DNA from: Camelus dromedarius
Taxonomy: Eukaryota
Assembly (NCBI RefSeq): GCF_036321535.1
Contig: NC_087436.1
Location: forward strand, 109,866,001 to 109,930,000
Reading direction: 5' to 3'
DNA: 64,000 nt
The notes below the pieces were generated by a model that saw only the letters and a list, made by a program, of their open reading frames with translations, made no database searches and had not been told where the DNA came from. Positions 1-11,770 of the stretch are shown here, piece after piece (positions within the stretch are counted from its first letter, which is position 1; each line of letters opens with the position of its first letter). Made by a program: the position numbers and the translations under genes.

Positions 1-411
1 CAGCCGGAACACCTGCCACGCCTCCTGGACAGACAGTCCCTCCTCAAGATGCACTAAACACCACAGCCCTGTGAGAGGTAGACACACTGATGACTTCATC
101 CCTATTGAAAGCCCATTGGGGTTCCTTTAGAACTCGTGGAGAGGTTCTGTCTCAGCTGTAGAAGACCAGCACTCTGGGGAGATGGTTACTTTTGGAATGT
201 TGCGAATTCCAGCTAAAGATGGGGAGGTATTTATATTGCAAAGTTCACAAGCCGGTAGTTCCTGGCTATCTCTGCCCTGAGGGCAGAGTTTTTTGTTTTT
301 TTTTTTTTTTGGTGGGGGTGGCAGAAGCAGCAGTATCCATTTTTTTTTCCTAACTTGCATACTTACAGATGAGTGAGAAAAATTCATATTGTCCAGACTT
401 TACATTCCCCC

Positions 412-690
412 TATTTTTTATTTTTGAAATATAGTCAGTTTACAGTGTTGTGTCAATTTCTGGCATACAGCATGTTTCAGTCATACATATATGGACATAT
501 ATGTATTCCTTTTCATATTCCTTTTCATTATAGGTTACTGCAAGATATTGAATATAGTTCCCTGCGCTATATAGGAGAAACGTGTTTATCTATTTTATAG
601 ACAGTAGTTAGTATCTGCAAATCTCAAACTCCCAGTTTATCCCTTCTCATCTTCTGCCCCCTCTGTAACCATTGTAACCATAAGTTTTTT
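412..690 (-). mobile_element. 5'-truncated LINE-1 3'UTR fragment (lineage-specific type)
   Basis: T-rich tail, then ttgaaatatagtcagtttacagtgttgtgtcaatttctgg...tatctgcaaatctcaaactccc. This is the reverse complement of the 3'UTR seen at 11.5-11.74 kb and 41.4-41.7 kb. Confidence 0.9.
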
Positions 691-1099
691 TTTTGTTTGT
701 TTTGTTTTTTATCAGACTCACACCTTTACGTTACCTGCCTGGCTCGTTCAGGTGTTTGAGTTTGGGTCTCTCTTGCATGGAACTTTTGCTATCAAACAAC
801 ACTGCAGATAATGTATTAGTGAAAGACTATGTCAGCTAAGTGATCTAGACAGAGAACTCATTCGGTCATAAACGCAGGTGCAGTGAGAGAGGGAGTCCTG
901 CTGGGAAGAAAACATACGTAAGGATCTTCTCTGTGAGATGAATTAAAACTCTGCCTTAACTGTTTTCATTTTTGAGTCAGTCTCCCAGATTGTAGAATAC
1001 CATGTTTTTTAAGTCAGACTCTTTTGCCTTGTTCTGAACTCTGCACCTTTAGATGAATTACTTTTCTTCCTTTGGTAGATTTTTCTTTCAGTATTTTTT

Positions 1100-1603
1100 T
1101 TTTCCAAAACTCATCACAGCAATTCCTCCCATCTCAAAGCATATCCCTTTTGAAATGTAACTTTGCTATTCCTCCAGTCATGACACAGCTCTGTTTCTCT
1201 ACCTCTTAGATCTGGGCATGGCTGTGTGACTTGCTTTGGCCAATAGGACATTAGAAATTTTAACACAAGCAGAGACTCGAAAAGTCCTGGCTCACTGGGG
1301 CTTCACCTCTCATGTTGTGTTTGAAAACTTCAGACCATAACATGAATGAGCCCAAACTAGCCTTTCAGAGCAGTCACATGAAGGAGAGCTGAGAGTCACT
1401 GATCAAAAGCCTACACAAATGACTGGACTTGTCATTGAAGACCATCTAGTGCCAGGTGTCAGCTGACTGCAGAGATGAGCTGAATTAACTCATCCCCAAA
1501 GAGCTACTCTTTGGGCCACACAATTCTGAGACATAAGAGATGCTTGTTGTTTTGAGCCATTAATCTTGGGGTTGACTTATTATGTAGAAAAAGTTAACTG
1601 ACA
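1100..1603 (+). mobile_element. MaLR solo LTR (MLT1F/G/H-like)
   Basis: Contains tgtgacttgctttggccaatagg and ends tgcttgttgttttgagcca...aagttaactgaca, typical of MLT1. Confidence 0.75.
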
Positions 1604-2299
1604 AATGCAAAATGTGATTAATCATAACTACCTCACAGTGTTACTTTGGGAGGTAGCTAATATGTATAGGTGACTGGCCCAGAGAAAGTTCCGCATAAAT
1701 AAGATCTCTATTAATCATTAGTTATCAATCTGAATGAACTCCTAAGTCCTTTATTTTGACACAAATTGAGTTCTGCTTTTATTTCCCTGTTCTTGAAAAT
1801 TGATCTTGACTCCCGATAACTCTTCTTTCTGATGACTTGGGTGTCGTGTTCATTAAAATGACAGGACAACTCCCCGCCTCTTTGATAAATTCATCTCCAT
1901 CATGGAGCTTAGGGAGAAAGCCTCAAATTATAGTCCTGACCTTCTGCAAATAAAATGAACAACAAATGACAGAGTTAAGCAGCAGTGATTCTCATCAAAT
2001 CAGACACTGAAACTCAATTCTGAGTGTTGAGGCCCAATAAATTAATTTATTGTCATGGAAGAGTGTCTTTTATTCAAGTCATGCATGTATGTGGCTGTGT
2101 ATGAAAGTGAATGAACATGCATAGTTCTTACCTACCAAGGTGACAGAGGTTACTGGAGCAGGCTTAGGCAAATGTAGCTCTGCTATAAAGCAAACAAGAT
2201 GCTCTAACAGGGCATCACGAGCACATCACAATAAGAAAACAGGAGTGGAGGTTAAGACCAAGGAAAGAAATCTTACCACGTTAAAGACAACGTTGAGTA

Positions 2300-2800
2300 G
2301 ATTTCTCAAATACATTAAGCAAGATTCTTTTAGGTTCATTTTTTTTTTTAAAGATCTAAATGAAACTGGCTAAAAAATAAACAAAAAACAACAAACAAAC
2401 AAATAAAATAGAAGCATAAAACAAAGCCAGTGATTCACATGCCTTAAGAATCTAGGGTGGCTTTGACTTGGAAACATAGCCAGACTCACAGGCTCAGACA
2501 TTATCAGGGCTCCCTATCTCTCAGCTCTCTTCTTTGTTTTGCTCTTCATTGGCCCCAAGCATTTTCAGGTAGAATGGCTTCCAGCAACATACTGAATCCC
2601 AGCTCCAAGTCTGTAACAAAGTAATTCTTCCTTGAAAATTCAAATAAAAGTTCTAGGTCTGACTCTCATCAGCCCATATGGGGTCATATATTTATATGAG
2701 CACATCACTAAAAATAAGAATGGGGTCAGTCCGTCCAAGACCCAGAGTCAGAGAATGGGAGTGGGGAACATGAACTCACCAGATGAAGAAGAGGGGGAGG
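2300..2800 (-). mobile_element. old MaLR LTR remnant (MLT1K/L-like) with internal (AAAC)n tract
   Basis: Degenerate MLT1K-like motifs (ctagggtggctttgacttgg; ggtctgactctcatcagcccatatggggtca). Confidence 0.45.
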
Positions 2801-3849
2801 TGGGCCCTCCACTTTTAAAACAATAAATATTCATCTTGGCACAGTAGGAATTTTACTTTAGGTCAGCCACAGGATCTTTGAGTTAAGTCAAAGGAGCAGG
2901 TAGGAAGGCTTTCCTTAATAGTTCAATGATTTGACAACTTCAGTTAGATATTAATATATCTTAATTGTTTTACTGTCTTTATATCCAATCTCATTTGAAA
3001 AGCTGAGGCAGCCATTTTGATGCATTTGATTATGATTCAGAGAAGAAAAAGCAGATCTGAAGGCCCATTGTATGTGTTGTTAATCCTGTGCATTATATTT
3101 CAATAGTGCATTTCTCTTATTTCCCCAAACAAAGGCATGACAATCCCTGGAGTCTTAGCAACTCAGTGGTTACACCTACTCAATTATGTATTTGGCTCAC
3201 TCGCAGAATGAAGTAATCAGATGAAGCCTGGTACAGACTGGCTTGAAGCAGAACAAGTATGAGTGAACTCATCCAACAACATGCCTGAGGGGAAAAATAT
3301 ATATGCAACTACGTTGCTAACTCAAGAAGAGCCAGTATTTGGATGGTGTCACACCATCTTCAACAACAGGATAGGAGTTGAGAATGTAAACAACCAAAGT
3401 GAGGCAGACTTCAGAAGGCAAAAACTAGACATGACTGCAGGCAGGACCCAAGAATAAAACAACAACAACAAAAAGAAGTAGGCAAGAAGCCAGAGAGGAC
3501 CCCAAAATGAATAAATCAGTCACCCAGGAGGCACACACAGGTTCTGGGAATCTAGGCAAGGTTTAGAGGATTATATAGAACTGAGGACAGAAGACCTCAC
3601 CAATGTAGCAAATTTCAAAATGCGGGTATTTGGAGCCCAGGCAACCTCATGTTTTGTGGTTGTTTTGTTTTGGTGCCAAGCATACAATTTGAATCAGACT
3701 GATGTGAGGATAGGTGCGCTGCATTAGAGAGAGGTGAACAACAGAGGTGGAATGTAGAGAAAATATTCCACTTCTCACCATCATTGACCACTTCCTCCAC
3801 ATCAGACACACACATACCCTCTTCCTCTACCCTACGTGTACACTCAGAT

Positions 3850-4080
3850 CTCCTGGTTAACATCTACTTGTTCTTCAAAATTCAACTGAGCCATCACATT
3901 CTCCAAGAAGACTTACTTTGCTAGCCCCACCCAGTTATGAGTTCCCATGGTATCTTTCCGTTATAGTATTTACCAATTGTACTTTATTTGCCTGTTCATC
4001 TGTCTCCTTCCAGAAGCCTGGGCCATGAGTCAATCACCATAATATCAGGATCTAGACCAGTCCTCATTCAGTGCTGGTTT
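3850..4080 (+). mobile_element. L2 3' fragment
   Basis: ttcttcaaaattcaactgagccatcacattctcc...tttatttgcctgttcatctgtctcc matches the L2 3' region. Confidence 0.55.
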
Positions 4081-4632
4081 TGATTTTTGTTTTTAATAAA
4101 TCACCAAGTTTAAGCTGAGTTCACCTCAAGAGGTAACACCAGAATGACATCCACTTGTGCAATGCCTAAAAAAAGTAAAATTCCATTTTTTTAAAGATTT
4201 TCCAAATAAAACTTATATCCTTGGAACCTTAGACACAGATTCCAAAATATTTTAATATATGAATTTATATAATTTATGAGTGTTTTCTTTAATTAATGTC
4301 CAGATGCAAAGGATATATCAACAGTTAAATACACCCTTTTGTGTTTAGCAGTTATTCTCTAGATACAATGATAAAATAATTTCCCAGGCATGGTCTCATT
4401 CTTACTTGGAAACACAATTATGAGAAGTCAGAGATCTATGACATCAAACATATCACCTCACCTCATATATAAAATAAGAGGACCCATTCCTTTTCTATAC
4501 TTCCATGAAGCCACATGGTCTTTAGGATTCTTCTCTGGTTTAGACACTTAAACAAGTATATGTATGCATAATCTTTAATCACACTAGAGCTTTCCAAGGG
4601 AATATTCAAAATAAACACTCCTTTCTCTACAG

Positions 4633-4808
4633 CAGTGGTTCACACATTTCAGTGTGTGGCGAGAACATTTGGCTGTGAGTGAAGATTTCTGGGTTTTCAT
4701 CCTAGTGATTCTAAATCAGAGGTTGAGCTCAGGAATCTGAATTTTTAAAAAGCATCACAAGTGACACTGATTTAGGTATCTGTCACAGCACATACCTTGA
4801 CTACCACT
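4633..4808. mobile_element. MER5-like hAT-Charlie MITE
   Basis: Ends are cagtggttcacaca and tgactaccact. Internal ctcaggaatctgaatttttaaaaagcatcacaagtga is similar to the MER5A copy at 60905. Confidence 0.7.
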
Positions 4809-5778
4809 TTATTTCCAGTATGCTTGTCTACATTTTTTTATCTCTTACTCTCCCCTGATTATCCTTCATGTCTGTCAAACATTGTGAACACCATGGTTGA
4901 GACATAAATAATACTCAGGAGATATTGTTTTAAAAGGAGGGGGATGCATGAGTTAGAGGATGAATGAATGTATGAATGAACAAATGATGGATGAATGAAC
5001 AAATCAATGTATGTCTCTCCAAGAAGCACTTATGGCTGTTTTCCTATCAGATATTTAGGGACTGTCCAGCCTCAGCTCTAGGCCAGCTCTGGCACAGGCT
5101 TGATAAAGAAACACTTCAGCTGAGATTGTTGTTGTAGTAAGTCCAGGAGGGAAGAAGACATGATAAGGAAGCAGGTAAGAGAGGGGCCCGCAGGACACTG
5201 TTAGCCAAGGCTGACACCCTAACGTGTAAGAGAGAGCTTCCACTTGGAAGGAGCCCATGAGAGACAGCTGGTTCTTCGCCACAGCCAATTTAGTTTCCAG
5301 TTAAGAAAGTTACTATCCATGAAAGAAATTATTTCCTGGGTTGAACTGGTTCAGTGCAAATGGTAAGGCTAGTTGAGTGAGCTTCTTGTTAACTGGAGTG
5401 GCCTGGTACCATGACATGGAAACAGAACCCAGGTAATAATAAGGAATACATGACTAAGTTGGTCTTTAAAAAAAAATTGGCATTGAAACAAAAAGAAATG
5501 AATACTTACACTTATAGATATTATAACATAAAAAAGGGTGATTCTAAGGACTTTGTGCTTAGAAATGATACTTTTTGCTGAGCTGGCTGTGAGAGTGTGG
5601 GTGTGTCTAGAAACCTCCGTGGGTTCCACCTCCAAGCTGTCTTAGCCTCATTTCCACTGGTTGTAACTGGTTGTGTAACAGTGCCTAATGGGACTTTATC
5701 CAAGAGGATACCTGCTTTCTCTCCCACTCACACTACAAGGTTCCTCTTCAGCTTGGCTCTCCCTGACAGTAGACGGCT

Positions 5779-6004
5779 ATTGGTTTTAGCGGGTAGCCTT
5801 CATATTTTCCCACCAGCGTTGAAGCCACCTGTTTACTTTGCAGCTGACCTCTGAGCTCAGCTTTCGTCCTCTCCTTTTGAAGTGATTTCTGCTGATTACT
5901 GCTCCCTCCGAAGCAACAAATGGAAGCAATCTTTTGAATGAAACAAAGGACACCTCCACCCTCGTTATCACTCAGTCTGGAAACTTCAGGAGTAACTTTG
6001 ACCT
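5779..6004. promoter_or_regulatory. candidate enhancer/promoter motif cluster (CCAAT, FOXA, DR1, TCF/SOX, GATA)
   Basis: ATTGG 5779-5783; TGTTTACTTTG 5830-5840; TGACCTcTGAGCT 5845-5857; CTTTTGAA at 5874 and 5931; AACAAAGG at 5942; TTATCA at 5965; GTAACTtTGACCT 5992-6004. Motif evidence only. Confidence 0.3.
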
Positions 6005-6274
6005 TCTTTTGTCTCATTCTCAAATCTACAAGGCTTGCTTCTTAAAGTTGTTTCTTCCACTTCCTTCCCAGTATTTCCACCATATTTCTGGCCTGTATTA
6101 ACCTATTCCTGAACAAGAGTCAATTATAGTAGCTTCCTCATTGGTTTGCCTGGCTTCTGCCCACACTACCCTTCCCCACTTCCAGAAAACATTTTTTTTA
6201 ATATTATTTTTATCTTGTCAACATTGTTTTTGGAGATTTTCAGATGAAGTCCACCATGCTCAACCATCTTAACT

Positions 6275-6705
6275 TGTACCAACATTTACTGAGCATCCAT
6301 TACATTCCAGGAACTCTTCTGGGACATATGGGAGATATGCTGATGGATAATATAGCTAGCAGAAGAAATAAACTCATAAACAGATGGTTAATGTGCAATG
6401 GGCAAATGTAATAGCAGGTAGAGACCTAGAGGATGAGGAAAGGCTTCAAGAAGAAGAGACACAGATGCATGTGAAAGGATGAACAGGAGATGACAGGCAA
6501 TGATGGGAGTGAGGACATCTGAACAGTGGACACAGTGTGAGCAAAGACATGGAAGGGAGAGTGGACAGAGTTCTGGAGGTAGTTTGAGTCTGGAGTAGAT
6601 ATTTCAATGCTGAGCTATGATGGGCAAGAGATATAACCAGATAAAAGTCAGATCCTGGAAGATTCTTTCTGTTAAGCTAAGGAGACCTTCAGCATAATCT
6701 GAAGG
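6275..6705 (-). mobile_element. L2 fragment
   Basis: acatttactgagcatccattacattccagg followed by purine-rich antisense L2 body (gaaaggcttcaagaagaag, gagcaaagacatggaagg). Confidence 0.65.
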
Positions 6706-9039
6706 TAGTCCTTACCAAGTAGTTCTTAACTTAGTTCTTACATTTATAGGATGAACGGCAAAGGAGGGGGGCAATACTAACTAATGTGAAGATGGCATGT
6801 GAAGTCATAAGATAAACATGACTCTTTCAGATGGCAAATCATTTATAATATGATTTTTATGTTTCAATACACAGATATATGTGCTAGATGTTACAAAATT
6901 TGCTTGGATTTTGTTAAACACAGAAATTAAAAAAGTCAGCCTCTCAGAGGGTTGTTAGATCCTAATATCTACTGATCATTTGCTCTCTTGTGCTTTAAGG
7001 ATTCATGATAAAAGACTCAGAGCTACTGGAACCGATGGTTCCAATGAAAATACCACCTGGATTACTCTGTTTGGGGGGACTGAGTCTAATGTAGGTGCAT
7101 GAGGAAGATTCAGAGCTGTTCTTGACTTCATAGCAATGAAAGTTTCATGTAGGCACATATGCATAGTTTTGGTTGAAAGGTTAATTACAGTCATCAAAGT
7201 CCCAAATTGTCAGTGATTTAAAAAATCAAAGGATGGATAGATTGATTATAGTTAGCTATAAATAAATATAAATAATGATAGATGGCTGCATGGATAGACA
7301 GACAGAAAATAGAGGAGTTCAAAATATGGTGCCAACCTGTGCTATTCCATCTTTTGCATATGCCTTTGCATAACTTTTTACCCTCAGAATGTCCAAATAC
7401 AATTTTTTCTCTTGGCCTACACGAGAGATAAACTGAGTCCTTATACCTGACTGAGTCCTCAGAGAACAGGAAATAACTTCTTTGGAATGTTTAGTGTTTA
7501 TTTTAAGCATCACAAATTTGTTTACTCTCACAGAAAGCCTTAGCTGTAGTTGTATTTTCATTTATCCACAACACATTCCTTCACCTAAGTTGAAAGACCA
7601 CTGAGAGCAGAAATATTATCTTACTCTTCAGACTTCAAACAGAGTCTAGTGTTGGATCTTATCAGACGTAGTGAGTAGTCGATGTAATGTATAAATCATG
7701 GACTGTTGTCTGCTGTGTTCAATAATATGCATTGAATATACTGCGCTAGATTTTGGTGCCATAAGATGGCAAGAATACAGTTCTAGATCTTGAGATGTTT
7801 GATGATATCATTTAAGAATAACCTTTATAATATTCCATAATTTTGCTTTGACATTCCCATTAATTATTTTACATTATCTAGAAACTCTTGTTATAGGGGC
7901 CATGGTTTCCTCAAGAGTAAGGTGTACTTAATAACAATCACAGCAGAGTGAAGCTGTTTATATTTATCATTAAGTCTTAGGAGAGTTCTTTAAATAGGGA
8001 ATAAATTAATACTTTTCAAATTATTAGATCATTTAATTCTAACATAGTGAAGTAAAACTCTCGTTTTTAAGAATACAATATAATCAGTCCATTATTGTGG
8101 TCATTTTTACGTATATTACTGTAGTCTAGATTAAATTCTGGGAAATTTGCAAATAAATGTAATAGACTTGGTGCTTACTCATTAACAGCTAACATCTAGA
8201 TTCTAAAGGATGTAAAAGCAGAAAATCCTGCGCATTTTGCATTATCATGTATCATGCCATACATTAGAAAATATGCTTTAGCCTGTATTTCAGTCTGGAA
8301 AATGTCTAGGATGATTGAATTAGTTATTCTATTTATGGAACTAGAATAATTTACAAATGTAACAGATTTTTTAAAAACACTTTTTAAAGTACACTCATAT
8401 GCATAATTTAATGGTATTTATAAGAATATGTATACTTAGCAAAAAGGCTACTTGATAAGTAGCACGAAGGTTGTTTTCACTGACTGATGTTTATATTGAA
8501 AATAAGGATATGGAATAGATGAGACCCAGAATAATATACACCGCTAGCATCCTAGAAGAGGAAGTGCATCTGTAAGCCTTGGGGATATATATTCAGAGTA
8601 CCCTAGACGTAGTTAGCATCACTACAGTACTGCTGCATCTGAACTGAACCGTGCGATCCTACTCTGCCCGCCCTCAGCAAATCCAACCTAACCAAAGCAC
8701 TCACTTAGCACTTATCAGACAGCTTGAATATTTGAATTGGGTCAGTAAGTTTCTCCTATCAAGAATTTCAGAAATGTGAGGTTGGGGCCCTGGGAGACGT
8801 AGGTTAAGTAGTATGGGAGGTTCCTGAAGAGTCTAAGGTAGAGACTGTCAGCTTCCAGCCACATACACAATAAGCACAGCAAACGTATCAAAAATTCATG
8901 GAAACAGAAAGAACTGCAGATAACATCCAAGTGACCTCTGAGAAAGAGGAAAGCAATGGCAGACGTCACTAGTTGTCTACTCAAGTACTTGTCTCCCTTT
9001 TGTTATTTTCCTATCTATGCAGAGCAGTTTCTTAGTCTG

Positions 9040-9460
9040 TAGGTTGATGATACCAGATAAGCATTTCTTCACCCTCCCATGTAGATAGAGAGTGGGCACC
9101 TGGCCCAATAATGGCGAACCAACTCCAAGAGAAGATACTGGGACTTCTTGGAAAAGTTTTATTCTGGTCTCAAAAAGACATTAAAAAAAAAAAAAAACCT
9201 GCTTTTCTTGCCTTTGGATGACGTTAGTGAGGGGTACAATGTCTAGAACTAGAGCAGCCATCTTGTAACCTCAAGGTGACAAACCAAAGGACCACATCCT
9301 TCACCCTGAAATGGTACAGTGGGAGCAAGAAAACAGCCTTGGTCTCTGGTGATTTTGTTACATTTTGAAATAATCCATCCATAGCTAAAGTATCTTTATA
9401 TTTAGTGATTTATATGATAAAATATACCCTTATTTTTTCTACAGGCATACGGTATCTTGA
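9040..9460 (+). mobile_element. MaLR solo LTR (MLT1J-like)
   Basis: ctgggacttcttggaaaagtttt, agcagccatcttgtaacc and cagccttggtctctggtga are MLT1J-type motifs. Confidence 0.6.
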
Positions 9461-10984
9461 TAGACATACAAATCTTAATTTATAATCATCTTCTGTCCTA
9501 ATTTTTAAATCTTAAGTGAATCAGTCTCCATGCAGCCCAACTGAATCCAATCTAAGTTTTTGTGATTTTTTCTTCTTGTATTCTCACAAAAATAAGCCTC
9601 TTACTTATTTTTTTGTTTTGTTTTGTTTTTAATTCTTTACATGTATTTCTTTTCCTTGAAAATAGCATTGGCCTTGACACAGGCTTTCAGTGATGTATTT
9701 CTAAAGTTAAAAGCTTTGACTTAAAATCATAGTAGAACTCAGTAGTGATGCACCTGGAAGCAGAATACAGGTGAGCAATGCCAGTATTTCTGGTTACGTA
9801 CCACACACTATTTTGAAACAGGTTGGCAAATTGAGATGTCATTCATTGATGGACTATTCAATGCTATATAAGAAATGCTATAATAACCATTTCAAGAATA
9901 ACTTGAATGCACGTGGTGGCATCATTTAACCTACCATAAAATTGCAGCATAATACCCAGCAAAAAAGGGTTCAAGTGTTCAAAGAGGGAGATCAGAATGG
10001 AACCTGAATATATTCAATAACTATTTGAACTTTTTTGCAGGGAAGTCATTTAATACTTATCCATTTAGATCCCTTTAAAAGGAAGCTTCTCTCCCCCAAA
10101 GGCTCTCTATTATGAAGGCACAGTCTCCAGATTGCCAACTCCATTGTCCATAGAGCAGAGCGTGCTTGGAAAAACCTGCCAGATAAGCAGGTTCTCACAA
10201 GCCTGGGGAGAGATTAAGTGCTGCTGTGTGCAGCTCCTTCCAAAGATGCCTTTGCTTCTCCCGCTTCACTGCTGCTGTGAAGTCGACAATCCTGGAAATG
10301 CATTTTGAAGCAGGGAGTTTTCAAAGTGACAGGCTTAAAAAATACAATTCACCTTTTGCCCTTCCCCTCCCAGCTGCAGGATACCAGACCTCCTTAGAAC
10401 TCAATTTTGTACCTCTGACGAGGCACTGGTATCTTCAATAAATAGGCTCAGCTCTCCTGGCTACAGGTTGCCAGTTGTAATTTCTAGTCTAAATTCCCAC
10501 TTTAAAATGCAGATGATTCATTCACTGAGAGTGTTGATGATTTAAACAGCAAGAAAAGCCATCTATCATATCTCTGAGCTATACACTGTAATCTTGATTT
10601 TCTTGTAAATGCAGAGAAATAATTAATAGCAGACTTGACTTGGCTCCAGAATTTCCTCTTACCTAAGCTGTTGCTAACTCAAACAGAGAGGAAATCAAGT
10701 GGAATGAAATGCATGGGAAAGAAAATCTGTCTTGATTGTTTCTGAACTTCATGGTCAGCAAGAGCGGGCAACTCAGTTTAATGGAAGAGACAGGAGCTAC
10801 GACTTCTCATTTTACCTCTCGTACCAGCTTTATGATACTGGCTTCTTAAACTCTCCGTTTCCTCATACGTAAAAGTAGTATGTTAGACTCTTGAATATCT
10901 AGTAGCTCTTGAATTTTGGAGTTCTAGTCCTGATAAAATGTAATTCATTTTTTTGAGGGAGAAAATAGAAAATTTGGACCAAGA

Positions 10985-11090
10985 AAATCTAGGCTTGAAA
11001 CCTACCTCCAAATCCCTCAGCTGTATATCTCGGGATACAAAATTAACTGCTCAGAATCTCAATTTCCCCATCTGTAAAATGAAAATGATC
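10985..11090 (+). mobile_element. MIR SINE, interrupted by an L1 (resumes ~11771-11815)
   Basis: MIR core ctcaatttccccatctgtaaaatg. Confidence 0.7.
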
Positions 11091-11770
11091 GTGATTCAGC
11101 AATCCCACTCTGGGACATATATCCAGAGGTAACTTCAATTTGAAAAGACACCTGCACCCCAATGTTCATAGCAGCACTATTTACAATAGCCAAGACATGG
11201 AAGCAACTTAAATGTCCACTGACAGATGATGAGATAAAGAAGTTGTGTAATATTTACACAATGGAATACTATTCAGCCATAAAAAATAAAATAATGCCAT
11301 TTGCAGCAACATAGACGAACCTGGAGATTGTCATTCTAAGTGAAATAAGCCAGAAGGAGAAAGAAAAATACCATATGATACCACTCATATGTGGAATCAA
11401 GAAAAAAAAAAAAAAGACGAACTTATTTACAGAACAGAAACAGACTCACAGACATAGGAAACAAACTTAAGGTTACCAGGAGAAGAAGGGAGTTTGGAAT
11501 GGATAAATTGGGAATTTGAGATTTGCAGATACTATTATATATAAAATAGATAAACAACAAGCTTATACTGTATAGTGCAGAGAACTATATTCAATATCTT
11601 GTACAGTATCTTGTAGTAACCTATAAGGAAAAAGAATATGAAAAGGAATATATGTATGTATATGTGTGACTGAACTATTATGCTGTACACCAGAAATTGA
11701 CCCAATATTGTAAATGGACTATACTTCAATAAAAAAAAGAATGAAAAAGACATACAAAAAGTAAAAAAAA
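11091..11770 (+). mobile_element. 5'-truncated LINE-1 (ORF2 C-terminus, 3'UTR, A-rich tail)
   Basis: gcaatcccactctgggacatatatcc, aatgttcatagcagcactatttacaatagccaagacatggaagcaac, and the terminus gactatacttcaataaaaaaaa. Probable TSD aaaatgatc (11082-11090) / aaagtgatc (11768-11776). Confidence 0.95.

Noticed and set aside
131..226. Possible 96-nt plus-strand coding exon (ttcctttag|AAC...GAG|gtattt; NSWRGSVSAVEDQHSGEMVTFGMLRIPAKDGE)
   Set aside because: Weak donor, short pyrimidine tract, unrecognised peptide, no partner exons, and adjacent to a MIR-like remnant.
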